From assembly GCF_021378375.1 (NCBI RefSeq), contig NZ_CP076228.1, forward strand, positions 90,001 to 122,000: 32,000 bases of DNA, given 5' to 3'. This stretch comes from Wolbachia endosymbiont of Drosophila innubila. GTDB taxonomy: Bacteria > Pseudomonadota > Alphaproteobacteria > Rickettsiales > Anaplasmataceae. The position numbers and the translations under genes were made by a program. Position 1 is the first letter of the stretch; each line of letters begins with the position of its first letter. The notes under the pieces are model-generated. The model saw nothing but the letters and a program-made list of their open reading frames with translations, searched no databases and had not been told where the DNA came from. Shown here in pieces: positions 30,675-32,000 of the stretch.

Positions 30675-30945
30675 GAACTTCTGTTACCCGGCGTTCCCTG
30701 AACCGTGCTTATAGCAATGAAGTTATAGTGCTTAAATTAAGCAGCTATTGCGTCGACATTGTCTTCAGCAGCAAAATTATCGTTTGCATTTAAATTATGA
30801 ACTCTTAGCGGTGGTGTCTAACCGAGCAAAGCTACCATCTTTACTATGCATGTCGATTCTTATTCGTCCCCATATAAATTAAAAAACATGGTGGAGACGC
30901 CGAGTACTGCCCTCGAGTCCAATACACCTATTACAAGGTAATTTT
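30675..30945 (-). ncRNA. ssrA: tmRNA, circularly permuted two-piece form; outer boundaries approximate
   Basis: Tag ORF 30737..30787 (minus) GCA AAC GAT ... GCT GCT TAA = ANDNFAAEDNVDAIAA*. Acceptor 3' end ...CGTCTCCACCA ends at 30889; coding piece starts GGGGACG at 30871 and pairs with CGTCTCC; T-stem UCGAG-GGCAGUA-CUCGG. Confidence 0.93.
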
Positions 30946-30975
30946 ATTGCTATAGTACACAAAATGTACATAGCT

Positions 30976-31004
30976 ATTATATAGCAACATTAAATAAATG
31001 TCAA
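30976..31004 (-). promoter_or_regulatory. Consensus sigma-70 promoter for ssrA
   Basis: Minus strand TTGACA (31004-30999), 17 nt, TATAAT (30981-30976). Confidence 0.85.
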
Positions 31005-31132
31005 GATATTATGACCTTAAGTTGATTTATTGCTAAAACAAAATTAATATTTCCAGTAAAAAATTCTGTGCTCTTAACCTGACACATATGGCTTTTTGAA
31101 TACTCCCAATGAAAATATTTATAAATAAATAT

Positions 31133-31723
31133 TTACTCTTCTTTTTTATTGTTTTTAGGTTTTTCTTGATCAACCATTTCTCCACCGATCTCTTTTATTT
31201 TTAGTATCAACGACTCTGGTACATACATGTCAATTACTTCTTCTGCTGTCACAAATAAAGCCTGATAAGAGTGTGAATTTATTATCCAATTAGGCAATAT
31301 GTCTTCTGCTTCTATTTTATACTCTCCCTCTTTTTTGTCATATACTGTGTAGCAATATAAGTGCACAGCAAAAAATAATACATAAGAGAGCAATATTCCT
31401 TTAAGCACTCCGAGAAAGATTCCAGTAACTCTATCGATAAACCCCAACCTTATGGGTGATAATATGTACATTAGCCAGTTATTTATTATCATGAATATAA
31501 GATTAAGTATAATAAATACAGAGATTGTAGAAAGTATGTTTAGTGTAACTTTAGAATCAAAATATTTACTATAATTTGGAGCGAAAAAATCATAGTGATT
31601 AGCTGTCAGAAAGACCGATAAAAATAGAAACATTAGTGCGCATAGCTCTTTTATAAAGCCTCTAGTTACCGAGATTATTACGCATAGAACAACAATGAAG
31701 GTAATTAGGCTATCGAAAAGCAT
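31133..31723 (-). CDS. cvpA: CvpA family membrane protein
   Basis: 'MLFDSLITFIVVLCVIISVTRGFIKELCALMFLFLSVFLT...PIRLGFIDRVTGIFLGVLKGILLSYVLFF'. Confidence 0.85.
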   Translation of the reverse strand: MLFDSLITFIVVLCVIISVTRGFIKELCALMFLFLSVFLTANHYDFFAPNYSKYFDSKVTLNILSTISVFIILNLIFMIINNWLMYILSPIRLGFIDRVTGIFLGVLKGILLSYVLFFAVHLYCYTVYDKKEGEYKIEAEDILPNWIINSHSYQALFVTAEEVIDMYVPESLILKIKEIGGEMVDQEKPKNNKKEE

Positions 31724-31782
31724 GTTTTATATCTATATGGTTTTCAAGATATAATAGTTGTAAATAACAAGGTTGTAAAATT

Positions 31783-32000
31783 AATTGTATTTATGCTGCA
31801 TCAATTGATCTAAATACCTAGCGATCATGTCAATTTCTAAATTCAAATAATCATTTACTTTGTTGTACTGAAAAGTTGTATTTTCCCATGTATAGGGAGT
31901 GATATTTACTGTAAATTCCTGATTAATAACTGAATTCACTGTGAGGGAAACCCCATCTAGTGTAACGGAGCTTTTTTTTGCAACAAATTTAATTAATTCT
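31783..32000 (-). CDS. ribE: Riboflavin synthase alpha chain, C-terminal part (runs off window edge)
   Basis: Reverse-strand '...FVAKKSSVTLDGVSLTVNSVINQEFTVNITPYTWENTTFQYNKVNDYLNLEIDMIARYLDQLMQHKYN*'. Confidence 0.9.

Overview
The window is an alphaproteobacterial (Rickettsiales) chromosome segment. Gene content, AT-richness, dispersed 'attccagtgtcaagcactggaat' palindromes and the tmRNA tag peptide all point to Wolbachia. The core genes are mostly ordinary: dprA (partial), fdxA, ddl, ftsQ, a D-Ala-D-Ala carboxypeptidase, two tandem SMR transporters, putA, acnA, secB, a Tim44-like gene, dnaQ, SCO1, gyrB, ispG, ftsK, yggT, sspB, cvpA and the riboflavin synthase C-terminus (partial). The ORF track misses several things: (1) a circularly permuted two-piece tmRNA gene (ssrA, minus strand, ~30675-30945) with tag ANDNFAAEDNVDAIAA and a perfect TTGACA-17-TATAAT promoter, directly upstream of sspB, the putative ssrA-tag adaptor; (2) three tandem RelE/antitoxin cassettes (~0.6 kb period), two with frameshifted toxins and one with an open toxin frame but CTG where copies 1 and 2 have a GTG start; (3) a 326-bp MITE-like element with 18-bp perfect TIRs and a 9-bp target duplication inside a dispersed palindrome; (4) an IS graveyard: IS630 5' fragment, then degenerate IS3 with TIRs, then an IS4-type element with an 11-bp target duplication, plus a decayed IS4-type element; (5) a membrane-anchored coiled-coil protein with 63-bp in-frame repeats. 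I found no CRISPR array, prophage or clearly new defence system.
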